A stretch of DNA of 56,154 bases from Octopus bimaculoides (lineage: Eukaryota): the NCBI RefSeq assembly GCF_001194135.2, contig NC_068983.1, forward strand, positions 20,549,527 to 20,605,680. Direction: 5' to 3'. A program made the translations under genes and the position numbers. The notes under the pieces were generated by a model. That model made no database searches. It was given only the letters and a program-made list of their open reading frames with translations, and was not told the DNA's origin. Positions 26,096 through 39,689 of the stretch are shown here, piece by piece. Every line of letters starts with the position of its first letter. The first letter of the stretch is position 1.

Positions 26096-27093
26096 AAGAT
26101 GTGTAGTAACAGCAGCAGCAACAATGTTATATTTTGTTTTTCATAGGGACCAGACCACACCACATCACAGGTTTGAGAATAATATTTAGGTTTAAGCTTA
26201 AAGTTTTATCTATTACCAAGCCTTTCAAACAGATATTTACGTTTCGATATTCTGTGATTAAATAAGGAAGGCGATTTTTGTCTATAGAACTATACTCTTA
26301 CAAATAAAGCGGACGTGATTAAAACAAACACCATATTCGAAAGGTTTAGATGAAGTGAACTCAATACACCAACAGAAAGTAGATTCAGAAATGAAAATAT
26401 AATTTTGATAACTGTCTTAATGCAGGTACAAGGCTATAAATTTTGGGAAAATATTACCTGTCGCTACCATCAACCCCAGTACTTCACTTTATCGAGCACA
26501 AAAGAACGAATTGTAAAATTGACCTCCACGAGATCTGAGCTCAGAAGGTAGAGAACAGGAAGTAATACCGTCAGATATTTTCTTCGATACGTTAACAATT
26601 CTTTCAGTTAAACGATACCAACTGTAATCTGTATTATTTCAAGTAACAAAAGACTAAACAAATTTGGAAAGAAAGATCGAGTATAAAACCCGTAGAAGTA
26701 GACACAAAAATAGCTGAACAAATATGTAGCTATATCGTATATCTCATAGACGGAGATTGAATAACGGTTCCTTATTTGGAAAGATGATACCATATTTTGA
26801 AATAGAAGCAAATGCGTATGCATTTTAAGAGATAGACATTATTATTATCATGTGAGACGAATACGGGTGTAAAATTCTGCTTTACTAAGAACAGATAACT
26901 GCCAGTCAAATCATTAGCAAATGGTTTATTTTACGTGCATAAATCTTTCTCTTGATAATTGGGAAAATTTTCGGTAATTATCAATATAATGATGTTTCTA
27001 CATCATTATAGTATTAATATACTATAATTACAATATATAATATATAATTGAAACTGCTTAATCCATTGGACTGGTCGATAGTTTACATATAGT

Positions 27094-27507
27094 CTTTTAC
27101 TATTTTACTCTTTTACTTGTTTCAGTCATTTGACTGCGGCCATGCTGGAGCACCACCTTTACTCGAGCAAATCGACCCCAGGACTTATTCTTTGTAAGCC
27201 TAGTTCTTATTCTATCGGTCTCTTTTGACGAACCTAAGTTACGGGGACGTAAAGACACCAGCATCGGTTGTCAAGCGATATTTGGGGGACAAACACAGAC
27301 ACACAAGCATATGCACACACACATATATATATATACATATATACGACGGGCTTCTTTCAGTTTCCGTCTACCAAATCCACTCACAAGGCTTTGGTCGGCC
27401 CGAGGCTATAGTAGAAGACACTTGCCCAAGGTGCCACGCAGTGGGGCTGAACCCAGAACCATATTGTTGGTAAGCAAGCTACTTACCACACAGCCACTCC
27501 TGCGCCT
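27094..27507 (-). mobile_element. Full-length young family-A SINE (CORE-like)
   Basis: The minus-strand head is aggcgcaggagtggctgtgtggtaagtagcttgcttaccaac...ggttcagccccactgcgtggcaccttgggcaagtg. It has an internal (TG/TA)n segment and a (gagtaaaa)n-like tail. Confidence 0.92.
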
Positions 27508-28044
27508 TTATGTATGTATTCTAGAAGGATTATGTCTGAAAGAGTGGAGGCCTAATATATTTCTGTCGATATATATAATGTAGTGAACTCAAACTAACTA
27601 CAAAGTGGTGTTTACAAACAAATTAAGATGAAATAGAAGCAGAATCTTCTGTGTGATGTAGCTTCGAAAGAGAAGCAGAAAACCGTATCAGCAATTAAAA
27701 ATAAACATCTTAAAAAATTGAGTTAAAAAATGGGCAAAACAAAGCAACAAAAGTACAAAACAAGTAAAAGATGCAACTGAAGAGAAATCGTCAATATAGG
27801 GAATAAACACCTATGGTGACAAAACTAAAAAAAAAAAGGGGGTGGGGGAAGAAATAGGAGTGAAATATCATAGTAGCAATTAAATATAATATAAAAATAA
27901 TGATTAAGTCAGTTTCCGTTACACCTTTGGCGTTTTTTTTTTTCAACCCACATAAATGGAAGCAGTTTTATTTCGTATCAACTAAATTTAGTTCTGTCGC
28001 AAACCAACTCGTTATTGGTGACGTCTTTGCACCCGGCTGCTTAC

Positions 28045-28153
28045 ATGAAAAGCACCACCATGTTCCTTTCCTCCCTTCTTCTAATTAACTCATCATCTAA
28101 CCTTTTCTGTTCCTCCACTGTTTCAACATCCTTAGCTCCTATGAAACTTCCGG
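28045..28153 (-). CDS. Candidate internal coding exon of an unidentified gene (GSFIGAKDVETVEEQKRLDDELIRRREERNMVVLF)
   Basis: The acceptor is gtaactgggaacctgctgttttag and the donor is cat|gtaagc. The 109 nt have a single open frame encoding a charged, coiled-coil-like peptide, and the purine-rich composition is unlike the flanks. Confidence 0.55.
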
Positions 28154-28277
28154 CTAAAACAGCAGGTTCCCAGTTACTTTATGAGCATCATATAAAATAT
28201 ATTGTTAATTACAATCAGATATTCGAAAATTCACAATAATTTGACTGAATTTTATGCAAGAAATACTTGGGGCTTAC

Positions 28278-28311
28278 TGCACGCAGCAAACACTTTCCCG
28301 TCTCTCACTTT
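28278..28311 (-). CDS. Candidate 34-nt exon (KVRDGKVFAAC) upstream of the 28045 exon
   Basis: The acceptor is tttctgtctgtcatttag and the donor is gca|gtaagc. It ends in phase 1 and joins in frame (A|CC) across a 124-nt GT-AG intron. Confidence 0.35.
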
Positions 28312-31300
28312 CTAAATGACAGACAGAAACCTGATCACACATGCGCGCGCGCTCTCACATGCACGCGCGCTCTCACATGCACATACACACACATATCTGT
28401 GAGTGAATGCATGTGGGCATGTGTAATTCTTTGTGCGCGTCATTGTTTCTCACCGATTGACACCTTGTGCTGGTTTGTTTACGTTCCCGTAATTTATGAA
28501 TAAGGCAAAAAGTACCCGCTAAAATACGCAGTAGATTTTAAATAAGTACTAAATAAGTACAGATTTAAAATAAGTACTCGTCTAAGCCCCTACTAGCAGT
28601 TCACTGACATGGCAGCAGTTCAATCACTGAAAACGATAAAGTTAAAAAGTATAAAGCGACAAATGCTGGTGATTTTAAATAAGTTACTCTAAGGTTGCTG
28701 GTCTGAGAGGACACTTTTGAGAGCCATTTGCTTATACTTAGTAAACAAGTAACCGAAGCGACAAAAATAACTCTGAAACAACACTACAACACAGAGAGTT
28801 ATACGAGTTCTAGTGCAAAACGTAGTCAAGAAAACAGAGGTCGTGAGAAAGAACAAAGAAGCTAGAAATAGTGAGCAATATCTATCACGCAAACATAGGA
28901 AAACTAAAAGTTTCTACAATGTTTTTGAAGTCATCGATCTATTATATTCAATTTTGATTCAATGACATGGCATTTAAAAATAAGGAATTATGTGTGTTGT
29001 ATTCAGATATATAAATACATCTTTTTTCTTTCTTTTTCTCTTGCGTAGAGATTTTGAAAGTTTCACAGATTTTCTATAGAAATTATAGCCAGCATTGATT
29101 GTGTTACGACATTTCGCATCCGAGACGCCTGATGTAAACAACAATGTGATCGAAGATGAAAAATGGGTAACGGGCTTATATTCTATATTTCGGGAGCTTT
29201 TCCTCTTCATCAGCACCAACCCAACCCATTAACCATCAACGAACTCATTACTTAAATAGCCACTAAATATAACGGTGCAACGTTATTGCATATAATGATT
29301 TTTATATATCAAACACATTCCTGGTACGTAAACATTAACGACCTATAAGGATAGCATATTTCGTTATGCAACCGCAACAGATTACAAAGAATATTAAACG
29401 TTTTTAAAAGTCAATACAAGCCAATATAAAATCTTAAAACAGCAATAAATTTGAATGAGAGAATTATAAAATGTTAAAATTAAATAAAAGAAAACAAGGC
29501 AATAGGAATAGAATATTCGGTGTACATCTCGTATTTTCAATGTTTTGTTTGCGAATTTTAAGTACTTCATTTGAAGATGTTCTTTCCTTTGGGATAATAC
29601 ATGGGGGTGACCCCATCCATTCTAAAATGATTGTCCGATATCACCTTCCGTAGTGTAACTCGATCTGTCTTATGACGTGTCATATACCCACTGTCACGCT
29701 TTGAAATTCATTGACATGTGTAGATATTCTGCAATTTCCACCGTTCCAGGTTTCGTGTACTTAAGTTTATACATTATAGTTCTCTCGTGTATTTCACCTG
29801 GTCATTCGAAACCAGTAATTAGGGTTTAACCACTGCTGTACAATGAGACATTTATGAAGCATTACTTGAGTCAGATGCAGAAGTCGAAAACAAACCGGGT
29901 GGTGGATAGGTGTCAAAGGGCGGCCACTGTCTCTCACCGTGAGGTACTATTCCTCTTTCTGCATCTTATATCCTACACATACACGCACACACAGACAGAT
30001 ATAACTTTTTACATGTAACTGTAATTGTTTAGCTAGCAATTCCATCAGCATAAATATTTTGTTAACATGATTGTAGAAATGGGACTTACTGCGTTTTGGA
30101 TGTTTCGACAATTGACCATTCTCTAAATTGATTATTCTCAAATTTACAACAAACTGCGAATCAGTTAAGTTTAAGAGAATTATATATACAACCTTAGCGT
30201 CGTTATATGTTTTTCACTGTAGCAAAAAGTTTCCTACACCCATTTCTTTCTAGTTACAAAACAGTAGATCCTTACAAATGATAAAGTTGCGGTTGTACGC
30301 ATCTTAAAAAAGATTATAAAAACCATTTAAGGAACATTAAATCTATGGGTAGCATTTTATATAAATTAGATGTTATAATCTTCCGATAGATGTAGATTTA
30401 TATACTCAGATATTACTAACCAAAACCTGACATTTACATACCTTACAGTGATTAACCGTGTATATGTGTATATGTGTACACCTGTTTTATTTTGGTTTTG
30501 TGTATGCATTTAGGCTTAGTATTTTTATTTTGTTAATATTATGTGAATTCGGTTATATCTATATTTTGGAAACATTCCAAATACTTCCCTTCTCAACCAT
30601 TATTTCCTATATTCTACGAAAAGAAAGTCAGTTTTCATCGCAGCAAAAGCCTATTTATTATTTACTTACTCAGTTCAAACAAGTCGTTATCAATAAACAA
30701 AAGAGAAGGCTTCTATTGATCAGATATTCTGATATTTTTTCCTAGATGTATTGAACACTTCTTCCCAATACCTGATACATTCAATCCTTTATGCAGCAAG
30801 CTACTACAACTATTTTTTAAAAAAATTACTTTCTCGTGATTACGAATAATTATTTTAAATTATATTAACTTTGTACACTAATACAAACTTTAGCAATAGA
30901 TACCATTTTCCCTTCCTTTTGTATCTTTGTTATTCTGCTGATGCGACATTATATAAACATGATTAATATGTTTACATTGAAGCTTACAAATATCTACAAT
31001 AATTTTGAAATAAAATGTTTGAATTTAGAATTCTATATAAGACTCACGCTATTGAGATTTCGATGTGGAGCTTGTTACATGGTAACATACATTACTTAAA
31101 ATTCTCTACCAAAAATACATTGCACACGATACTATATAACGAAACATTCTCAATCGTTGCAATTTCGCAAATATCACCACATTTTGCCATTATCGATAGT
31201 TCAAACAAACCAATGTTTGGACAATGTATTTTTTTATTCACATTTCGTATGTAACTCAAATAATTTTTTTGTTCGATTTAAGTCTTTATTAAATTCCTAC

Positions 31301-31792
31301 GAGTATTAAAAAAATTTGTTGACTCATTTTTATTTTCTAGTTGATTCTTTTTCCGTTTGACTGTTTTATAAATTTCATCTACAGTTAAGAAGAGACAGAA
31401 GAAAAGCGGTATCTCAACATTTCTTTTATAGACGTTGAATTATTTAGATTTCAAGCAGAGCTCGGTAGTTTGCCATTTAAATAAAGTATTACATGAACAT
31501 GAAGCGAAAACATAGCCGCATGGTTAGGAAATCGTTTTCCCAGCTACGTCTTCACGTCCAATCTGTTGGACACGTGTCATCTATTACGTATAGCCTTCCC
31601 TTCGGTTGTTTGACCTATCCCTATGCCTTCAGTGTGAAATTTGGTAGATAGTGACCATTTAGAAACATGTCAGTGGGACATTGGTATTTTGGGGTGATAG
31701 ACTTAAAACGTGGTTTGTTTTAACACCACCACTTCAATTTTGGCTGCCTTTGACAAACTTAGCCCTGTTGTAATGCTACTGGCCAAACCTAC

Positions 31793-31869
31793 TTTATAAG
31801 GATAACTTCTCCATTGTCTCTCGCCAATTGAAGGCTGTGAAGAACGTCGCTCGAACTGAGCTTTCTATT
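31793..31869 (-). CDS. Candidate 77-nt exon (NRKLSSSDVLHSLQLARDNGEVILI)
   Basis: The acceptor ttttcttttctattttacttgattattcag is very strong and the donor is aaa|gtaggt. One frame is open to the donor. No homology was recognised. Confidence 0.25.
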
Positions 31870-32444
31870 CTGAATAATCAAGTAAAATAGAAAAGAAAAT
31901 ATTTTATATTGACATATAGGCATGATTAATACCATATTACAAATAAGTCGAATTAGAAGTTGAATTACCTTAGCTTATAAGGAAAGAGAAAACATAAAAA
32001 CAAACCAATAGTTGCACTGTAAATGGGTTAGATACAATAACAAAATAGATCAACGGTTACATATGGAAATTCAATGAAAGGACAATAACGATGTCGGTGG
32101 CAGAACCTGGAATCAACATTCTTGTCTTTGAACACAAGGCATCAGTAAACCTCTATAATACTGATACATATTGATAATAATAAACTAGGGAAATCTGAAA
32201 GCCAAGAATGAAGTCCGACGAAGTTCGAACTAGGAACACTGAAGTACCGAACTATTACCTTTATCAAACCCTATTAAGGATTTTCAATTCTTTTACAGGC
32301 GTTTATTGTCTTTTACCCCTGAAACATGTTATTCTATGCAAGCCTGCTAGCACCTCTTACCACCCTCTGCTTCTTGCTTAACTCCTGTTCCATCCCCGCC
32401 TTCTCTCTCTCCCCCCTTTGTTTCTCTCTCTCTCTCACCCTCTC

Positions 32445-32492
<48 letters not shown>

Positions 32493-33519
32493 ACGTACAC
32501 AACAATATGTAAACTTCAACACCATTTAACGTTTCTTTTCTATCTGTCGAGGTTTTTATACCCGAAACATGAGATGTCTTTTCTTCCTGACACCATAAAT
32601 TTTATTCCATTATTTGAATTATCCTTAAAGAAATTAAACCGGTTCGTTTTTGCATTCAATTTGTTTGCGTTAAGAACTTCAGCAATAACGTCGAAATATG
32701 AATTTACGCTACGGTACTTTATAAATATATATATTTAGTCGAGAGATTCCGTTGGGATTTTCACTTACAAATTATAGACAAAATTCTCACTGCAAGTTAT
32801 CTATCAACATTTCATGCTTATGTATTAAATCAAGCAAGTGTAACATAATGAAAAAAATTGTAATAACAATAGAAGAAAATGTAGTGAACGGCTACATTTC
32901 ATTACAGCACCCTTTTCAGCTACGTTTTTCCCAGTGTTTTCTAAGCATAAACGGGTCTTAAGAAAATTCCCATACGGTGAATGGCTGTGTGAGCGTCCTT
33001 AATGCTTTAATTTATTTTCAGTTTTACATTTGGATTTACTTTGATGTTCCATTTCTTTTAATGGGAGTTGTGTTTGCGTAATGTTTTTTGAGTGTGCTTG
33101 AAAGGGGGGGGGGAGAGAGAGAGNNNNNNNNNNTGCTTGAAAGGGGGGGGGGAGAGAGAGAGAGATGAATATGCAATAGCAGAAGAGGGAATACAAGAAA
33201 TACTAAGAACATTTAAATTAATATTATTGCCAGTGATACGCAATGTGGGAGAGCCTTTGAAGCGAATCACTTGTTTGTGCAGTTAGAAAAGAAAACGATT
33301 TTAGAAGGGAATTTCTTCAGATTCTTTTTATATATATCTTGGAAATCGTTTAAAACTTTGATACTACAGGTATTTCCTTGTGTAAGCAATCTCAGCTTTT
33401 TTCTTGCTGGTGGTGTTAATGGTGGTGTATCATACGGAATTGTACTCTCGTCAGAGAGATCATTAGTCCTTCACTATAAATACGAACATCATTAAGAACA
33501 ACAATTAACTCAGTTTAAT

Positions 33520-33880
33520 TTCAAATTTTGGCACAAGGGCAGTAAATTCGGGGGACGATTACAATGATGTCTGTGCCGAACTGGCACCTATTTTATCGAC
33601 GCCGAATGGATCGAACGCAAAGTTGACCTCGGCGGAATTCGTACTCAGAACCTAATAATGAACGAAATGACGCTAAGCATTTTGTGCCGTGCTACCGATT
33701 CTACCAGCCCGCCGCCTAATACGATAGCGTTAATATTATTTTTTACTCTTGGCACAAGGCCCAAAATTTGGGGGGAGGGGGCCAGTCGATTAGATCGTCT
33801 TAATTTATCGATCCCGAAAGGACGAAAAGCAAAGTCGATAACATCGACCCTGCTATTCAACTGGTACTAATTTTGCGAGA
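33520..33880 (-). mobile_element. Two family-B SINE copies (one complete, one 3' part)
   Basis: Reverse-complement matches include caaagttgacctcggcggaatt and cattttgtgccgtgctaccgattctaccagcccgccgcct. Confidence 0.85.
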
Positions 33881-33918
33881 CACCATATGCAACAACGCTA
33901 ATATTAATAAGCACCATA

Positions 33919-34360
33919 AGGTGGCGAGCTCGCAGAATCGTTAGCGTGCCGGATTAGATGCCTAACAGCATTTCGACCGTCTTTATGTTCTGAGTTCAAA
34001 TATCCGCTGAGGTCGGCTTCGCATTTCATCCTTTCAGGATCGATAATAAGTATCAGTTAGTACTGTAATCGACTTACCTCCTCCCCCGAAATTGCTGGAG
34101 TTGTGCTGAAATTTGAAACCTTTATCGTTATTATTGAAGATGGTGAGCTGGCAGAGCCATTAGCATGTCGGGAAATATGCTTAGTAGCATTTCGTCCGTC
34201 TTAACGTTCTGAGTTCAATTTCCATCGAAGTCGGCTTTGCTTTTCATCCTTTCGCGGTCAATAAAATAAGTAGCAGTTGAACATTGGGGGCGATGTAATC
34301 GACTTACTGCATTCCCCAGAATTTCAGGCTTTGTGCCAAATTTTGAACCCAATGTTAATA
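33919..34360 (+). mobile_element. Two family-B SINE copies in tandem
   Basis: Heads are at 33919 (aaggtggcgagctcgcagaatcgttagc) and ~34136 (aagatggtgagctggcagagcc). Both carry the gttctgagttcaa B box. Confidence 0.88.
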
Positions 34361-35181
34361 AGTACTCAGAGTGATATCATCTGCAATCCTGACAGGACCA
34401 ACACCAATAACAAACACAGTCATCTACAGCAAACACAGCAAATTCACTATCTCTGGTTTCACGCCGCACGCTATTGACGGCGTGACATATCATTGCTAAT
34501 AAAAATAAAAATAAAAACAACAGCAGAAATAACAACACCAACAACATTATTATTAACATTACGTTATAATCATTCGTGCGCTCAAATATTTCAGAGTAAC
34601 TAATCAGCAGAAACACGTATGACATGATGAAGTATTGCTATACTGATAAGATAAATTTCAATTGGAATGGCGTTGGCCAGTATTTGAGAGGAGAACGCTA
34701 TCATGTCTGATATTAGTCAGTCACACTTTAAAGATTCCACCCCATTCTTATTAGCGTTTTCTTTCAGAATGAAATATTGCAATTTCATCTACATCGCGAA
34801 AAATACTCATTACAACGTCGTATTCTTGAAAATTATATATTTTTAAGAAACTTATCTTTGCCTGTCTTTGTGTAATTAAAGCATGTATATGTATGTTTAT
34901 ATACACACATGCGCAAGCATATGCACACACACGCACGCACACACAAACACAAACACACATTGTGTGTTGTATATGTGCACTGTTTGACACTAGATTTATG
35001 CATTGCTCCATTACGCAGACATTACGTTCGTTGTTTTCCATTAGTCTTACTGCCCATATTTTTGTGATTATCACTTTTCTGTATCGTTGTACACGAATGT
35101 ATGTATCTATGCATGAATGTATGCCTGTACGTTTGTATGCAAGCCTGTACGTATGGATTTATCATTTCCACTCTCCTTCCT

Positions 35182-35247
<66 letters not shown>

Positions 35248-35281
35248 CTGTGTCTGTGTATGTGTGTGTGTGTGTTTGTGT

Positions 35282-35318
<37 letters not shown>

Positions 35319-35641
35319 GTGTGTGTGTACCCACGAAGTCTCTATAAATCGGCTGGATTAATAATATCCTGGCATGTAGACTATGTAAGAGAATAAATCG
35401 TCTATGACCGGATGCTGAAACCGTACTGCAGTCACATGTTTTTTAGTTTAACACCAAAATAGACAGGCACACGCAATCGAATTCCTTGCTCTTTTTACTC
35501 TAAATTGAGATTTAATTCCACAAAATGTGCTATAAAGCTACGTTTAATTTTGGTTAATTAGATATATATTTTGAAATCCAAGAAGAATGTTATCGAAATA
35601 CGAAGGTGTATAATCCGGGGCGGTTTTGGCTTGCATACAAC

Positions 35642-36030
35642 GGAGTGACTGTATGGTTCAGAAGCTTGCTTCCTTGGCATGTGGTCTTCGCTTCAGTCGC
35701 AATGAGCAGCACTTTAAGCAAGTGTCTTCTATTATAGCCCCGAGCCAACCGAAACGCTATAAGTGGATTTGGTTGATGTAAAATGAAGGGAACGTCTCGT
35801 GTGTTTGTGCGTTTGCTTGTGCGCGTATGTGGCAGTGTATGTGTGTCTTTGTGCTTGTCTCCTAGCACAGCTTGACACCGGTCTTATGTACTCATGACTT
35901 AGTAGTTCGGCATCAAGAGAGCGAAGACGTACCAAGCTGAAAAAACAAGTTCTGGGGTTCACTTATTCGACTAAACAGTCCAAGGCGGTGCTCCGGCATT
36001 GTAGTAGTCCAATGATTGACACAAATACAA
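35642..36030 (+). mobile_element. Older family-A SINE
   Basis: ggagtgactgtatggttcagaagcttgcttcc...agcaagtgtcttctattatagcc...aaggcggtgctccggca. Confidence 0.8.
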
Positions 36031-36706
36031 ACATGAAAATAGAATCCAGAATTCTAGATGCCAGACATCTATTATGAGCCCCCCCCCAAAAAAAAAAAAA
36101 TTGAAAAATGAATCGTGTGTGGTAGTTTTGTCCATGTTCCAATTGAAGGTTAGTCGATAACATCAACCATGCGAATATAAATTTATGGCAAAAGTACACA
36201 AACAACTGCTTAATCTGAATATTTTTATAGATTGTATTGTTGATAGGATCGTCTGTATTCACCAGCGGACGGATTAACTGCAAAACTTAATCCGGTGTGA
36301 TTTCATTCCATCATTAACATAAACGATTATCTAGTCTGGTACACTTCCGCTCCGGTTGTAAACACAGAATCGAATAATTAATTCCCTACTGACTTCATTT
36401 CACTTCGTAGAGCATCGTGAACTGCTGGAAACTGCCCTTCTTGATTAAACTCGTTATGTTCACTACAGGGATGAATTTCACCGTTTACCATATACAATTG
36501 AGCGACTTCCTTATAATATCTAAGTTTGTTTCTATTTTATGGACTATTGTGAGTCATATATTTTAACTAGGGCAAAACGAGGCTTTTTGCTATGTCGGTG
36601 CAAAGTTATAGTTTTTGCATGACGGGAATATATGACGGATCTTGTGATAAAAGAGCAAAGGTAAAATGCAGATTACAAAATAAGGAGATTTAACCAAATA
36701 TATCTA

Positions 36707-36850
36707 TATGCGAGGGAGTGGGGTGCTGAAAAGTTCTTGGGTGTCACGAAAGGCCTGGTTGGAGTCCCAACCTTCCGAGTTCTTTTACAGGGCTTAGAAA
36801 AAGTGAAGGACCGCTGCAATTAGTATGTATGCCTACGAGGGGAATATTCT
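36707..36850 (+). mobile_element. Internally deleted mariner relic
   Basis: A mariner-type 5' TIR-like sequence (gcgagg...gtgctgaaaagttcttgg) is joined to a transposase C-terminus remnant WLESQPSEF..QGLEKVKDRCN*YVCLRGEY. It is interrupted by a SINE. Confidence 0.6.
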
Positions 36851-36851
36851 T

Positions 36852-37122
36852 TTATTCTTTTATTCGTTTCAGTTATTTGACTGCGGCCATGCTGGAACAC
36901 CGCCTTTAGTCGAGCAAATCTTCTTTGTAACCCTAGTACTTATTCTATCGGTCTTATTTTGCCGAACCGCTAGGTTACGGGGACGTAAACAAACCAGCAT
37001 CGATTGTCAAGCGATGCTGGGGGACAAACAAACACAAACACACACACCCACACATACACACACATATACGGCGTTTTCTTTCAGTTTCCGTCTACCAAAT
37101 CCACTCACAATGCATTGGTCGG
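36852..37122 (-). mobile_element. 5'-truncated family-A SINE
   Basis: It is nearly identical to 27110-27400 (gactgcggccatgctgga...tttcagtttccgtctaccaaatccactcacaa). Confidence 0.88.
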
Positions 37123-38794
37123 TCCGAGACATTTTGTGTGTGTATCTGTGTGCTTGTATGCATTTAAAGTTAACATTATATTCAAACGCCACTAAGTGTT
37201 CCTGATGTATAGACACTGCTACTCAGTAAAACAGTTCCTTTCAGTATTTGACTACAGCGCTGTGTAAATCCCGGTTCAAATATAATTGTGTGTATGCGTA
37301 AAGAATGAAACCAAAGTTAAAATAAGAAACTTATTTAAAAAACAAAACAAAAAAACACATAACAGATAACAGAGAATCTGTGTCGGCGTGCAGCAAACGT
37401 ATGTCTTTTCAATCTAGAGAATTAGTTACAGCTTAATCACTTGGTGAATTTGTACAGCAATTTTACTATCATCGTTCGGTGTTAAATGTAGCGTAGTAAT
37501 TGCATTAGCTTCACAGAAAATTCTCCTTTTTACAACCTCAGTTACGGCTATATACAAGAGAAACTATTTACGCCCATTTGCACGCTTACAGAATTTACCA
37601 ATTGCAGTTAGTGAGATTTCATTGCTGCATAAAACACTGAAAAGTGGTCTAATAGTGGATGTGTGTATTGGAATTTAGAGCAATAAGCAAACGCTTTTGG
37701 CTCTACAAATAAGTTATTCTTTGTTTGAATTATACGTTTACACATTTTTGTGTTACGAGTAGCACCAAATTGGGCGTTAAGTGAGCATGATAAATTTGCA
37801 ATTCACCTAAATCGAAATATTTTCACAATGGGTAAATAATATAATCATCAACAAAGGAATGTGTTACCATAGTATCATACTAACAAATATATAAGGAAAC
37901 AGACACAAATGCATACGTACAGGTAACATAGGTAGACGCATTCACATGATGGTAAATACTTGAAGATTTACGCACACACACAATTATATATGTCTTTGGC
38001 ATCCGAAGACAGCGGTGTATTTCAAACTAATATAATGATTGCATTGTTCGATTAAATGGAGCCGCCTGAAACGGCCGTAGTACACTAATACCTTGACATC
38101 CGTGTTACTTATTTGCTATATTTATATATATATATATNNNNNNNNNNNNNNNNNNNNNNNNNNNNNNNNNNNNNNNNNNNNNNNNNNNNNNNNNNNNNNN
38201 NNNNNNNNNNNNNNNNNNNNNNNNNNNNNNNNNNNNNNNNNNNNNNNNNNNNNNNNNNNNNNNNNNNNNNNNNNNNNNNNNNNNNNNNNNNNNNTGTGCA
38301 TGTGTATTAAGAAACAAATATATTATTATATACTTGTAATTACTACTTTGTCATATGAAATTATTTAAGCAAGTATATAAATCAAACCGTATATATTGCG
38401 ACTGAAATTGCGGGTTATATTTCATAGAGACAAGATTGCGTCGTGTCCCCTCTGTGATGTTTATTGAAATAACAATATTTAATTTGATTAGCTCCCCACC
38501 ACACCATCACTACTAAAATAAAGTCAAAGTGATACAGATAATATTGCAAGATTTTGAAACTGTTAGGGCCAATATTAGCATTATCAACGGACTAATATTA
38601 TCAAGTAATAAATGTAGTTTGGCTATGATTTTGTTTCATACATACGTATGTGTGTATCTGTATTATGTTTGTGTGTGTGTCTTTAAAACTTTACAAGGTA
38701 TGAGTTGGAGATTTATTTCAAAGTATCGTAAGTTCCAAAGGTTTCTTTATAAAAACACAGTTAGATAGAGTGAGAGATAGATAGATAGATAGAC

Positions 38795-38825
<31 letters not shown>

Positions 38826-39110
38826 AACATACATAGATGTAGTTAGATAGACAGATACATACATGCATACATATAATTAGATAGATAGATACATACATAC
38901 ATACATACATATAAACATACATAGATGTAGTTAGATAGACAGATACATACATGCATACATATAATTAGATAGATAGATACATACATACAAACATACATAC
39001 ATACATATAAACATACATAAATGTAGTTAGATAGACAGATACATACATGCATACATATAATTAGATAGATAGATATATACATACATACATACATACATAC
39101 ATACATACAT
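38795..39110. repeat. ~90-bp minisatellite x3 built from ACAT/AGAT microsatellite blocks
   Basis: The anchor atgtagttagatagacagatacatacatgcatacatataattagatag recurs at ~38837, ~38925 and ~39021. Confidence 0.9.
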
Positions 39111-39689
39111 ACACATATACATGCATACATGCATGCATACACACACATAAATGGTAAAGCGAAGTTGATTCATGCAACTCCGGTCCATAAATTCGTTCAT
39201 ATTGGTAGGCTGAAATGTGTGCGTGTGTGTGTGTGGTGGGGGTGGGGACTTGACGCACAATATTAACATATCTTCGAATGACATTCGGTCTAATTAACCA
39301 CTTATTAACCAAGAGTGTTCTACGTCTAGTTAAAAAGAATTTCGGGCCACTGGTTAAGTACCATAGCTATCAAAGAAACTGAAAGAACAAATCTTGAATG
39401 CTTACATCTGAATATGACGAGCTCATATTTACCTGATCTCCTAAGACATTTCAGTTTTTCTGTAAGTCTCCACTTCGTCATCTCCGTTAGAAATAAGTTA
39501 ATTTGCAGCGTCTTTTTTTTCAGTTCAATTATTGAATTATCAAAAATTAATCTAATTATGTATAATCAACAAGTATGATGTTAAACGCGTGTGGATCTAT
39601 AATGTATATAAGGAATGTAAGGAATGTACTGTTAGCCAAACCGTTAACCCCGCACATTGTTTGCCTCTTCGTTTTCTCTCTCATCTTAT

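Noticed and set aside
33092-33165. Exact duplication tgcttgaaagggggggggg(ag)n on both sides of a 10-N gap
   Set aside because: This is most likely an unmerged contig overlap, an assembly artefact.
36380-36520. Minus-strand frame YYKEVAQLYMVNGEIHPCSEHNEFNQEGQFPAVHDALRSEMKS
   Set aside because: No pyrimidine-rich acceptor and no recognisable family.
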